64,000 nucleotides of DNA, taken from Chlorokybus atmophyticus (Eukaryota > Plantae > Mesostigma and Chlorokybus algae). The notes under the pieces were generated by a model that was not told where the DNA came from, ran no database searches, and saw only the letters and a list, made by a program, of their open reading frames with translations. This document shows, in pieces, positions 48,700 through 61,061 of this stretch (positions are counted from its first letter, which is position 1; each line of letters begins with the position of its first letter). The stretch covers positions 248,001-312,000 of the forward strand of contig RHPI01000585.1 in assembly GCA_009103225.1 (NCBI GenBank), read 5' to 3'. Position numbers and translations under genes: made by a program.

Positions 48700-50770
48700 T
48701 GTTAAATGTTACAGGTTGTAGAAAGTACATGTATAGGCGGCGCCTACATGTAGTTAGTACGATCAGCTTAACTTTTATAGTTACGGGAGTTACGAGGATT
48801 ACGAGAGTTACGGCAGTTATGGTCAATCATGGTCAACTTTGACTTTGACCATTAACTAGTGTTGACTAGTGTTGACTTTGACCAGAGTTGACTAGAGTTG
48901 ACTAGTGCTTACTAGCATAGTATATAAGACACTGTATACTGCTTACTACAATGGGTCGCACATTGTCTCTATAGTTGGTGTGCTTGCTGCACTTGTCTTT
49001 AATGTGTGCACACTTGTATATAAGAGGCAAACACATACACACTAGGCGCATCACTAGTTCTCAACAGGTTATGGGCCCACATCCGCTTGTGTAATCGCTT
49101 GTGCTAGTGAGAGAAAGTGTTGAGCATAAGCACCTATTAGGAGAGTGTTTTTGAGGAGAGGGTGAGTTGTTCTATTGTGTAGCAAGCAATGGCTGACACA
49201 GTAAGGATGCCCATCGATTCCCTTGATCTTCACAACTACGCTTCATAATCGCTGAAGATGAAGTTGGTGCTGATCCGCAAGAAGCTCTGGAGTTTTGTTG
49301 ACCCCACCTCCTCCACATCATTGCGGCCAAGAACAGTTGACGCTGGTACGTGGACAGAGAACTCACCATTAGCTTTTGCGCTGATAGGCTTGCACGTGAA
49401 AGACTTCCATCTCCCCCTTATTGCGGATTGCAAGACTGGATGTGAGCCGTGAGAGGTCTTCGACACCCTCTTCAAGGCCAACAGCAACTCGCGCAAGTTG
49501 CAGCTGAGACGCAAGCTGACACTTCTGAAGATGGAGCACAAAGAGCCAATCCAGAAGTACATCTCGCGTGCAAGGGAGCTTTGGCAAGACCTTGCAGCAG
49601 TGGGCCACGATGTGAAAGAAGAGGACAAAGAGTGTCACTACTGCAAGATGAAGGGCCACTTCATTCGCAAGTACCAGAAGAGGATCCACGATGAGGCAAC
49701 CAAGGAGGAGCACGCCACGATGGCGATTGCTTTTTAGCATTGGTGAGGACCTTAAAAAGTTGCAGTGGATGGTGTTCGTCCGTCCTCTCCCACTACAAGG
49801 GCGCGCGAAGGACATGCGTAGATGGAGGTCGCAGACACAAAGGTTTGTGAAAGTTATTGCTAGCCTATGAGTAGTTGCTGATGTTGAGCCGCGTACACTA
49901 GAGGTTGCATTGCTGTGGAGTTGTTTTTTGGTAGCACACAGGTGTGCGGTACTGGTTAGAACACTTCAATTGATTGGCATGCAAGGACTGAGCTGTATAG
50001 CTAGCTAATAGGAGATGGGAGGGGTGCTTTCCTTGGTAGGGTCTGATCAACCCTTGCACGGCCTACACTCTGGTACCGCATTGCTAAGGTAAAGAACTCA
50101 GTGTAGTTTATATAGCATAGTTTGCCGTTGATGGAGTCTTCGAAACCACTTGAGCAAGGTCAGGCGTGGCGTGGTGGACCTAATGCGACCACCATGAAGA
50201 GGAAACAAGGAGTATTGGAACCTTGTAGTCCTGTTGGCAGCACGAGGAGAAGGATGGTGTCATTGAAACAAGCATCAAGTCCGTGGGAGCAACACATCCG
50301 TGAGAGTGTTCAATGGAGTAAGTTAATGTGGGTAAGCTTGCGAGGAGATCTTGGAGTTCAAGGAAGCTGCTCGCGTGGGAGTGTTAAATGTTATAGGTTG
50401 TAGAGAGTACATGTATAGGCGGCGCCTACATATAGTTGGTACGATCACCTTAACCTTTATAGTTATGGGAGTTACGAGAGTTACGGGAGTTATGGGAGTT
50501 ATGGCAGTTATGGTCAACCATATGGTCAACTTCAAATTTGACCGTTGACTTTGACCATTAACTAGTGTTGACTAGTGTTGACTTTGACCAGAGTTGACTA
50601 GAGTTGACTAGTGCTTAGTAGCATAGTATAAGACACTGTATCCTGCTTAATACAGTGGGTCGCATATTGTCTCTATATTTGGCGTGCTTCCTGCACTTGT
50701 CCTTAATGTGTGCACACTTGTACGTAAAAGGCAAACACACACACATTAGGCGCATCACTAGTTCTCAACA
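48700..50770 (+). mobile_element. Copia family B internally deleted (non-autonomous) element, 2071 bp
   Basis: TSD CCGCC at 48695-48699 and 50771-50775; LTRs 48700-49066 and 50382-50770 (TG...CA); PBS 49067-49078; gag remnants (LKMKLVLIRKKLW, CHYCKMKGH); purine tract before the 3' LTR; no recognisable IN or RT. Confidence 0.94.
49067..49078 (+). promoter_or_regulatory. Primer-binding site, half-tRNA iMet type
   Basis: GGTTATGGGCCC directly after the LTR. Confidence 0.88.
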
Positions 50771-52069
50771 CCGCCTACTGAGTGTCCACAAGCGTGCCAA
50801 AACATTGTGTAGGTGTTGAAGGGTTCAGCACGGCATGGGGGTATGCCTTTATCATGTCTTTTTTGTATGTGGTGCGTGGGCTGCAATGTGATGTAGTGCA
50901 TCACATGTATGTGAATGCAGGCATCGGTGTTGTTTCCATTATCTGTTGCCTAGCTACAGCAGTTTTATGGACCGATTTAGCGACCTTAACTCCCTCCTTG
51001 CGGGTTTACTCCTAACTGAAAAATGGCGGATGAGTCTTGTGCTGTTATTACAGAATCACCTGCGCACATGTTGGCGTGCTTCGGCTTTGCTATTGGGTGG
51101 ACACGTGTGTAATAGGCGTCATATCTAATAGGGTGCTATGTAGTGTTGTTGAACTGTTTAAGTGCTATCAATTAGGCGCATTAGCATGTGTATCATCATT
51201 TGGATGCCTGTGTTCTACAATTTGACATGCGACATGCCTATCCGGCGTGGCTGAAAGGGTCTCTTCCTAAATGACGGGCCCGACATGCAGGTATTATCCG
51301 TTCCACTGTGTGCCTACATGGACTGGTATGAGGTGAGAGTGTGCTATTGTGTACCACTACACACTTGCACTTGTTCACTTGGCAGGTGCAATTTTTGACG
51401 TGGCTGCACATTGAATTGCTGTTCATTCACGGGCGTGTGTGGTATGGGACACCGAGGATGCTGCAGACACTGCGTCGACAACCTTTGATGAAGTTGTTAG
51501 ATTCTCCCATCCTGTTTGTTGGCAAGCGAAACATTAGTGAGACCTGTGAGCTCCTTGCTCTTAACTTCAGGCATGCAGTATGCCATTTGACATGTTGGAG
51601 TTGATGCGTTACTGATGTGCTTATGCATTTGCTGTTGTTGCCAAGGATGCCTTTGATTTTGAGCTAAAGCCGTCCATGCTTCACCGTCACATCAGGGTGA
51701 GGTCACATGCTTATATCGCGGTGTGCACTCTGTGCATTGTGTACTATACTCGGATACTCAAATGTACATGTTGAATTCAGGTGTGAGGGAAGTGCTCCTT
51801 CTGCAGCCCTCGACATCATAGCTGTCATAAAGCAGGTTTTTGTTGAACTTATGAAATTTAGCAAGCATTATAATCTTCGAGCGCACAACTTGTCGCGCTC
51901 GCATAGGTATGTACATTGTCATTGCCGGTGTATCAAGTGGGCTCCAACCACTAGGCTATGGCAGCAAAAGACGCTACCATAAGTGAGCTGTCGTAGTTTA
52001 TGTCAACTTGAAATCGTGACATTCCTCCCCAAATAACCTACGGGTTTTTTATTATTCAATAAACCACTT

Positions 52070-52345
52070 ATTAGCCCACGTCGCCGGCACGGCCGTACCG
52101 CGACCGGTTTTCCTGCAGCCATTTGGATCCGGCCATCCCCGCGCAACTTGCCATTGCGGCGCGATCGCTCATGCGGCCATAGGTCAAACTGGCTCGGCGC
52201 GCAGGTTGCAACCCTGCGCCCGGTCTAGGGCAAGCCGCCCCTAATGTTTTTTGCCCTTGGATCTGCCTCAATCTTTAGGGAATCGAACCTGAGACGTCAA
52301 GCTTTATCACCATTGTACCGAGTGGGCTCCAACCAACAGGCAATT
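52070..52345 (-). mobile_element. Candidate tRNA-derived SINE
   Basis: Minus-strand B-box GGTTCGATTCCCT (52289-52277) preceded by an A-box-like TCGGTACAATGG; A-rich downstream end. The spacing is too short for an intact tRNA. Confidence 0.35.
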
Positions 52346-53661
52346 GTAGCAAAAGACGCTACCATGAGTGAGGTCTTTCACAATTTATCTTAAGTTGTGA
52401 CAGCTAGTGCCTCTACAACGGTGGTGTGGCAAGGGGAGTCGTACCTTATGAGCATCGTGCAAAAGTGTGTGTGCTAGTGTTGTTGCTGCCTCTCCCTTTT
52501 TATTGGTAGCATGAGCAGCAGCAACGCAAGCTTGGTTGCTTGATGTGGACTGCTTATGACGCCAAACAAAAGAGGCAAGCATGAAGCACGTACGGAATTA
52601 TTAATAAGCAAAACAGAGTATTCTTAGAATATTTGACATAAGCAGCTCGAAAATTATACTAACTAGCTTATTGAGCATGCAGCATGAAGCGCTAGGGCCG
52701 GACAATACTGCATGCATACGTATATACGGATGGAGAGGTGACAGTTGCTTTGAAAATTGCCTTTCATCAGTGGTAAAGATGTTACGACAGCCGTTGTTGT
52801 TGGCGGATGTTGCTGGATTTTGTTGTTATATTGTTGCTGCTCCTGCTGTAAGAACACAAGCGCATCAATAATCACTGACAACAACGACAATAATGACAAG
52901 GCGACAGCAGCGGCAGCTCCGACACAAGTTGCCGCAGCAGCTGCCGCCTGAAGCTGTTGATGTCATTAATAGTGTTACGAGCACCATTAAATACCGTGCA
53001 ACCATTAACTGCACCACATGTGCAACACTTGCAAACCTCCAGCAGCTCCGCCTCCGGCACCTCGCCCCCCTCCGCTGTCGGCGCCAATAGCGCAGGTTTG
53101 GCAACCCATTGCGGCACTAGCAAACATCAGCATAGTGCCAGCTGCATGCTCGGTTAAGCACGTGCTTGGCTGACATGTGTCTGCGCTCGCACTGATCCTG
53201 CAACCCGCGTGCCATAACGCAATTCATATGATAGGGTTTCAATAGCCGCACCTGAAAGGACCAGGGACACGAGGAGCACAACATGCACGCTCCATCCTTC
53301 ATGGACCATGCATATCTTGTACTTACAGCAATAATCCGAACAAAAACGTGCCTAATTCGACCACGCACCACTATTTGTTTGGTCTCCTGCTAAAAAGGGA
53401 CTGTATATTGTATTGTTCGGCATGCATAGTGCGCGGTTGCGTGCCAGGTATTGGATCCCCGAATGGACCATGAACGTTCCGTCCCCCGCAGACCAGGCAC
53501 TCGTGGTTTGCGGGGCACGGACCATGTCAAGCCCGCGGGGTCCGCATGAAGGACCATATAGGGTCCTTGAACGTCAAGCCGTGTGCTTGTAAGGAAGCCA
53601 GTTTGCATGCGCATGTGAAGTGCAGCTGCATGTCACACTAAGCATGATCAAGATGTGACAT

Positions 53662-53997
53662 TATTGAGATTGCACAGTAGCAACAATGACAAGCACAAGT
53701 ATGGCGCTGACCATATAGTAGAGTGGATCTTACTGTATTGCACAACATACAGTATTTTATATAGTACACAAGTGAGTGCCAGTCAACACTAGTCAACGCT
53801 AGTCAAAGTCAACACTGGTCAACACTAGTCAACGGTTAAAGTCAAAGTCACATGTCGAAGTTAAGGTAAAAGTCAATGGTCAATGTCAACGTTGACCACA
53901 GTGGACTGTAACTCCCATAACGACAATTAACCGTAACTCCCAAATTGAAGATGACCGTAGAAGTTTAGCTAAAGCGCTAAACAAAGTACTTTTGATA
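53662..53997 (-). mobile_element. Copia family A solo LTR
   Basis: Homologous to 23612-23947; TSD GACAT at 53657-53661 and 53998-54002. Confidence 0.92.
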
Positions 53998-54049
53998 GAC
54001 ATATATATAGTACATGGCATGAGGTGACATGTTGCCATGATGGCAAATG

Positions 54050-54450
54050 GCTGTTCAAGCATTGTGCTGTGTGTTGGACGTCTATTGCATGGTCAGCACA
54101 CGTTTCTAAGGGGATATCCCCCTTGAGAAATTGTGTGGCCAAGTGAGAAAACATCAGGAACGGGATATAATCATCCGGAATGCCTGTGAGCGGCCTTAGG
54201 AGGATGGGCATGCTCAAGGCAGCAATACTTGAAGTTGTGCACGTTGAGGATGGCGTAAGCACTATTGTGCATACCTTGGCAGAGCGTTAGCAAGGTCTTT
54301 CCACCCACTAAGTGTGGGGTGCTAGGTGTTATTACTTAAGGGGCCTTCCCCTGCCATTTATTGGGCAAGTTGCTTGTAAGAGGGGTGTGGGAGCTGCAAA
54401 GAAGCCGCCATGTAAGATTGACAGGTATCAAAAAGCTCAAAGCTCTGCTA
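54050..54450 (-). mobile_element. Degenerate L1/Tx1 ORF2 C-terminal fragment
   Basis: KWQGKAL....RPC.RSAKVCTIVLT resembles the W....LS..GR..L....L region downstream of L1 RT. Confidence 0.4.
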
Positions 54451-54659
54451 CAAGCTGCACCATGAAGCTCTCACCGTTCCAACATGCCAGGGAGCATGTT
54501 CCTTGCCTCCCTCCGCATGTGCACGTCTCCCTATCCATGAACGAGCACTGTGCATGTGACTATAGCAAAATAGACCTAGGTGTCTACATCGTGTGCAGAC
54601 ATGGACATGGTCCATGTACGGTGGACATGTGAATGATTCAAGGTCATGCATGATGTGCA

Positions 54660-55080
54660 TAAGTCCAATTGGAGACCTATTACGCTACTACCCCTTCACT
54701 ACAAAATTTTAGCCAAGGCATTAGCAATACGCATTTCCCCTCTTTGGAATTTCGCCTGAGCAAGCCGGCTGTGTCAAGCACCGTTACATCTTGGACAATG
54801 TCTTGACAGCTTTGAATGCTGTTGCTTGGGCTGAGGAGTTAGACCATCAAGTGGCTTTTCTCATGCTTAACTTTGAGAAAGCATTTGACCAAATGGACTG
54901 GGACTTCCTTGAGGCGATGCTGCATGCCAAGGGCTTTGGGGACAGATTTTGTGGGTGGGTGCGCACGCTGAATGGTGGAGGCTACAGCAAGGTGTTGGTC
55001 AATGAGCATCTGTCTAAGGCCTTCCCGCTGCAGCAGAGCGTTCGCTTGGGCTGGCCACTAGCCCCTTTCCTCTCCCTTGG
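54660..55080 (+). mobile_element. L1/Tx1 RT fragment
   Basis: NWRPITLLPLHYKILAKALA, DNVL, FLMLNFEKAFDQMDWDFL and SVRLGWPLAPFL. Confidence 0.9.
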
Positions 55081-55199
55081 CAGGCCAAATCCACCATCAC
55101 TTGCAATCTTTGCAAGAAGACAGGTCATGGGGAGGCAGAGTGCTATGCAGCACAGAAGGCCAAGCAGCAGAAGGACAAAAAATAGGAATTGTCCGTGGT

Positions 55200-58100
55200 A
55201 GGTAGCTTAGTTTAGCAGAAAACGACTTTAAAAATGCTGTTCTTCTTGATAAAGTCTCCTCTCTTTGTGATGTATCAGATTTGGACTGATATGAGCACAC
55301 CACCTGTGTTTACAAATGCAAATGGTTGTGTTTTAATCAATATTCCATTATCTGCATTAGTAACTGCTGTTAAGCACTTACACGAGTTGCAAGTACAACA
55401 TGCTGTCACTGCATGTGTAGTTATCCCTTGATATCATGGCCCGTGGTCGCGATTGTTGAAAGGGGAAGAAGTAATTATGCAACTCTCATGCAAAGATACA
55501 GGAACTTCACCGTTACAAGTGATCTTTATCAAGTCTGCTATCAACTACAGCACTCCGACATTAGCTACATTGATGGTCACTCAGTGCCACTCGAATGGAG
55601 ATTTGAAAATCAACTTATGTGCACACCATGTACAGCAATGATTAATACTGGTGCAAACCATAACTTTGAACATGCTTGGGTAAAATGTAATAACATACCT
55701 TTCACACCAGTCACGTCGTATGTACGTGCTGCTGGTTCCACCCTCAATGCAATTGGGGAGGTGAAGGGGCGTTTGGTTATTAACAGCCACAAGACTCAAC
55801 CAGCTTTCATTGTGGTGGATATAGGTATCCCTGGGGTGGATGTTGTTTTGGGTGAACAGTGGCACACCAAAGCAGGTTTGCAATTTGACTCTCGAGCAAA
55901 TATGTGCACCCTTCATAAGGGTAAACGTAAGGTAACGTTAAACACACCTGTACTCGCACGTGTTACTCGCGACAATGTTCCGCTCCTCTCTGCTATGCAA
56001 TTAAACCATTGCATGCGTAAACGCGAGGAAGTATATCTGATGCACTTACGACAGGTAGAGACACTTGTTAAACAAGCCTTAACTGACCCTGTGGTGCAAT
56101 CACTTACGGAACAATACGCAAATGTATTTCAGGATGAACTCCCGGAGTTGCCTCCTGATAGAAACATACATCATACCATTCCGTTAGAAGAGGGGGCAAG
56201 AGTGGGCAAAGCCACCTTGGCGGTCTATCAATAGGCTAAGTCCCTTAGAACACGCGGAAATGGAAAAGCAGCTCAAAGAGTTATTGGACAAAGGTTTATT
56301 AAGAAAGAGCATATCTCCTTTTAGTGCACCAATTTTGTCTGTGCCCAAAAAGAATGGCAAGCTACGCATGTGTATTGATTACCGTACGTTGAAGGTAACT
56401 ATGAAAAATAGATACCTTTTGCCTCGGATTGATGATTTGCTTAATAAGCTGTCAGGTGCAACAGTGTTCGGCACACTGGATTGGACCAATGGTTATCATT
56501 AAATAAATAAAAATAAAAATCCACCCGGTCAGATATACAAAAAACTGTTTGCACCCCACTAGGACACGTTGAGTATAAAGTGTTACTATTTGGGTTAACA
56601 AATGCACCAGCTACATTTCAGGCAGCAATGAACGCGGTATTTGCTGATGAGTTGTACAAGTTTGTACTGGTGTATCTTGACGACATTGTGTTCAGCAAAA
56701 CCCAGGAGGAACACCAGAAGCATGTGGAATTGGTTCTAGCTAAGTTGCGCGAACACAAATTCTATGTCAACCTGTCCAAATGCAACTTTGCAAAAGATGA
56801 ACTACCCTTTTTAAGGTATGTGCTTGGCAAAAAAGGATTGAAACCAGATCCTCAACAGGTGTGTGCGGTGAAGGATTGGCCACCACCCAAGGATGTACAT
56901 CAGTTACGTGCTTTCTTTGGGCTAGCCGATTATTTTTGCAAGTTCATGCAAGCATATTCTAGCATGGCAAATCCTTTAACATCTTTACTGAGAGAAGATG
57001 TTAATTTGTGTGGACGGAGGCACGAGGTTGCTTTACACGCATTAAAGATGCATTAATATAAGCCCCTTTGTTAGCCTTCCCCAACCACACCAAGCCTTTT
57101 GTGGTGATCAGTGATGCTTCCACCATTGGGTGTGGGGCAGTCCTTCTACAGGATGACGGATGCATCCATGTGCATATGAAAGCAGAAAGTTCATTCATGC
57201 TAAACGTAATTACACAACCACTGAGCAGGAATTGCTCGGGGTGGTGCACGCGCTGCGCACATGGCGTTGCTACTTGGAAGGTGTGGAGTTTTTAGTGATT
57301 ACTAATCACAACCCGCTCACATTCTTTCCTGCGCAACAGGACCTGTCGAGGCGGCAAGCTAGGTGGAATGAATTCATTTCTCGTTTCACTTTCACTTGGC
57401 AGTACCGTCCGGGTCGCACCAATGTGGCGGATCCACTAAGTCGTAGCCTTGCTCTTTTTGCACTTACGCGCTCTCGAAATACGCGTAATGTGCCACAGCC
57501 TGAAGATCCTTTCCCTAAAGGAAGTGTCCACAGGTTATAACTCAGATGATTGGTTTAGCTATTAAACCAACTTGCAACGGTTTACTGCTGTTAGCAATTT
57601 GTGGTATAAAGGGGAGCAGCTGGCAATTCCCAACTCGGGCGACTTGCGTCAGCAATGTTTACATTAAGTGTATGACCTGCCATATGTTGGGCATATGGGG
57701 AAACACAAAACACTCAAAGCTGCGCAATAGTTATACTGGTGGCCGTCAATGTCAGCTGATGTGGATCAATGTGTTCGCACATGTGACGTGTGTCAATGTA
57801 ATAAGCCACTACAACGAAAACAAGCGGGATTGCTTGAACCATTGGTAATTCCAGAATAAAAGTGGGATTGTGTCAGTATGGATTTGATTACTGACCTACC
57901 TGAGACAGCAGCCAAATACACTGCTATTGTGGTTTTTGTCGACCGGTTTAAAATGGTGCATTTTGCCCCGTGTTGCACAACTGTGAGTGCACGGGACTTA
58001 GCACATTTATTTGTGTCCACGGTCTTTTGAGTTCACGGTGTACTGTGTGAGCTTATCACAAATCGTGATCCTCGGTTTGTCTCCAAGTTTTGGAGAGAAG

Positions 58101-58324
58101 TGTGTAAATTGTTGGGGGTAAAACAAAGCATGTCGACTGCTTTCCACCCGCAAATGAACGGTCAAACTGATCAAGCAAAACACTGGAAGAAATGCTTTGC
58201 CACTATGTGTCTCTTAACCATGTTGATTGAACAGGTACTTGCCAATCAACAAGTTCGCTGTGAACAACGCGTGGCAGAAAAGTGTAAAAGAAACCCCATT
58301 TTTCTTGAATTATGGGATTCGCCC
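55200..58324 (+). mobile_element. Ty3/gypsy chromovirus 1, pol (PR-RT-RH-IN), 5' segment
   Basis: PR AMINTGANHNF; RT SPFSAPILSVPKKNGKLRMCIDYR, FGLTNAPATFQ, VYLDD; RH SDASTIGCGAVLLQ..YTTTEQELL; IN MDLITDLP, RDPRFVSKFW, STAFHPQMNGQ. Many stops and frameshifts; interrupted by chromovirus 2. Confidence 0.93.
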
Positions 58325-59007
58325 TGTTACAGTCAAGGCCAAATTCTGTGAATTTCATGACCGTTTTAGGCTTTATTTGTAAGGTACATGTTTTTTATGA
58401 CTTGTGGCGGATATCGGCGAGTTATGAGTCTGCCGCGGATATCGACCGGGGCCCCAAGACCAGTCCGGAAGGTGCCAGAAAACGGAGGCCAGTCGGGGCC
58501 AGTCGAGAAGGGCTCGACCAGATTTCTGAAAGGGCCTGGCGCCGAGTAGTATAATTTGACCATATGAGCAGCAAATTAGGAGATCTTTGGTGCGTAAAAG
58601 AGGTCTAGAAGTGTACTACAGGATTCTGCAATTATATCTTAGCTTCTAGTTCCGTCTAGCGCTAGAATCGTCTAGACAGTAGCATGTGCAGACTGGTAGG
58701 TATAAAAGTAACATTCTACAATTTGCAATACAACCTTTAGCTCCCTAGTTTCTTGTGTGCAAGCTTGGTGGTGGCTAGAAGGGGTTGCTAGCGTGTGTCC
58801 ACTGGTGTGTGCTTGCTTGTGTGACGATCCAAGGCGCTACACAAGTCGGTGTGTAGCTTCGAGCGCATGCGCGTGCGTACGCGAGTGGCGGGGCGCGCGT
58901 GTGTGCTTGGCCGAGGGGGCAAGGTTCCGGTGTGAATACCGTGTCTTGGTGAGAGGGTTGTGGGTTGGACCAACTCACAGGTGACAAGGCACGAGCACCG
59001 TCACAAC

Positions 59008-59019
59008 TGGTATCGGAGC
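59008..59019 (+). promoter_or_regulatory. Primer-binding site (tRNA Met 3' end type)
   Basis: TGGTATCGGAGC 2 nt after the LTR end. Confidence 0.88.
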
Positions 59020-59099
59020 ACGGTTTACGAAGGTGAGAGAGGAAGTGTGTGGGCGTTTACACTTTTTATTCGGAAGCGGAGTGTAGTGTGTTAGTGGAG

Positions 59100-60185
59100 A
59101 TGGAGGATGCTCGCATGGAAGAGCTTCAAGCTGCCATCTTGGCACTGAGGGAAGAGCTTCATCACACGCAAGCGGCGGCACAAGCACAACGCGAGGCGTA
59201 TGAGCATGCGATGGCGCGTGTACAAATTCCCATGGCATCAAGCTGGCGCGTGCATGTGAAGGTGCCAAAGCCCAAGCCATTCAGGGGTCAACGTGATGGA
59301 GATGCAGTGGATGAATGGATTTTTCAAGTATCGTCTTGGTTGAAGCTCACGGAGGTGCCCACGCATCTGCACATGGAGGTTGCAGCGACATTGCTTAAAG
59401 GTGCAGCACATGTGTGGTGGAGGCATCGATGTACGCGTGTTGCAAACGGGTTGGCGCTACCATTGACCACCATGGAAGAGATGGCATTGGAGGTCAGACA
59501 TCAATTGGTTCCCGTTGAGAGCGTGAAGGCCGCACGCGACAAACTTGCAGCCCTTGTGCAAATGGGGTCCGTGATGGCGTACACGGCCGCGTTTCAGCAA
59601 TTAGTGATGTCCATACCCAATATGACCGAGGAGGAGCAGTTGGACAAGTATACACGTGGTTTAAAACCTTTGAGGCGTAAAAAAGTGGAGCTACGGGACT
59701 CGAAGACACTCGCGGAGGCTATACGCATCGCGGAGCGTCTCGACGCATTGTACTTCAAGTCCACCACAAGAAACACTGACTGGAGGCAAAGGCATGGTGA
59801 TCAGCCCCGGGGAGGCTTTCAACATGCATGGAGACGAGGAGAACCAAGTTTAGCACTTGCCAATGGAGGTGGAGCTGACTCTGGGCCTGCACCAATCGAG
59901 GTGGGTGCCATACACACGCATGGAAGTGAGGTGAAGCACGGCGGACGTGGTGAAAGAGGTAAAGGTGTGCGCAAGTGTTATGCGTGTGGGTCGACGGAGC
60001 ATTTGGCGTACGGATGCCCCAAACGAAGCACGCAAAGGCCAACACCGGATGGCAACCCTCGTCGTGATCGTCGCGTCAACACCATGGAGCAAAATGGCGT
60101 GGAGCAGGAAAACGACTTCCCCCAGTTGGTGAGGAGGCTACTGCTGGGGATAGGAAGGAGCCTCATGCACGGACGGATGCTGTGA
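59100..60185 (+). CDS. gag: Intact Gag of chromovirus 2
   Basis: Open frame from ATG 59100: KVPKPKPFRG..WIFQV..L.GAAHVWW, LVQMGSVMAYTAAF, YTRGLK, CCHC CYACGSTEHLAYGC. Confidence 0.9.
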   Translation: MEDARMEELQAAILALREELHHTQAAAQAQREAYEHAMARVQIPMASSWRVHVKVPKPKPFRGQRDGDAVDEWIFQVSSWLKLTEVPTHLHMEVAATLLKGAAHVWWRHRCTRVANGLALPLTTMEEMALEVRHQLVPVESVKAARDKLAALVQMGSVMAYTAAFQQLVMSIPNMTEEEQLDKYTRGLKPLRRKKVELRDSKTLAEAIRIAERLDALYFKSTTRNTDWRQRHGDQPRGGFQHAWRRGEPSLALANGGGADSGPAPIEVGAIHTHGSEVKHGGRGERGKGVRKCYACGSTEHLAYGCPKRSTQRPTPDGNPRRDRRVNTMEQNGVEQENDFPQLVRRLLLGIGRSLMHGRML

Positions 60186-61061
60186 CATTTCCATTAAAGA
60201 AGCAGGAGGAGATGGCTTTGAATGCGCCAATGATGGTGAGTTATGCAAACGAGGAGACAACAAAGTACTTCGGGCTTCGAGCACACATTTGCGATGACCA
60301 AGGACGATGGAGAGAGTGCAAGCTCATGATTGATAGCGGTGCCAACAGCAACTTTATGAGTATTGATATTGCGCGGCGTGATGGTTGGCTTTCGTCATTA
60401 CGAGGAGGTGAAGTGAAGCTCGCTAATGGAGAGCCACCCTCTGGAGGTGATGGCGCTGCGTTTATGACTAAAGAGTTGTGCGTTCGCATTGGGAAAATGA
60501 AGGAGAACATGCGATTTTGCTGCATCACCCTACGGAACGGGTTTGACGGGGTATTGGGACTACCGTGGCTATGGCAACATAATCCATCCATCAATTGGAG
60601 AAAGCGCGCGCTCACCATCAAACAAAATGGTGGAGAATCCATTCAAGCTGCGTCGGACGTCATCGAGGCGCGGCACGCACAATCAGGTGTTACGACAATT
60701 GCTCAGATCTCTTATGTGCAATTGAGGAAGTGATTGTCTCCACGGAAGGCAAAGGCTGCATGGTTGTGCGTTGTGCGCAAAAACACTGCAAAGTACAGCA
60801 CCAAAGCTGAGTGACGATGTTAAGACGGCTACAATGGACCCCGAGGTGTGTAAACTTGTTAAAGAATACCAAGATATCATGGTGGACGGACTTCCATCTG
60901 GTCTACCACCTCCACGGAGCGTAGACCACCGTGTGGAGCTGATTGAGGGCGCGCACAAGCCACCGTATCGACCCGTATACAAGTTGTCACCTTTGGAGCT
61001 GGAAGAGGCCGAGAGGCAGGTGGTGGACTTGCTGCAAAGAGGCTACATCAGGCCTAGTAAG

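Noticed and set aside
47800-51900. Exon-like segments flanking the copia-B insertion (e.g. ARDRAVADERKNYQRLKQDK, SFMDRFSDLNSLLAG)
   Set aside because: I could not assemble a phase-consistent model or recognise a family; it may be a decayed gene or transposase.
52277-52340. tRNA gene
   Set aside because: Has a B-box but no full cloverleaf; kept only as a SINE candidate.
52860-53160. Ala/Gln-rich overlapping short ORFs
   Set aside because: Low complexity, no domain or splice support.
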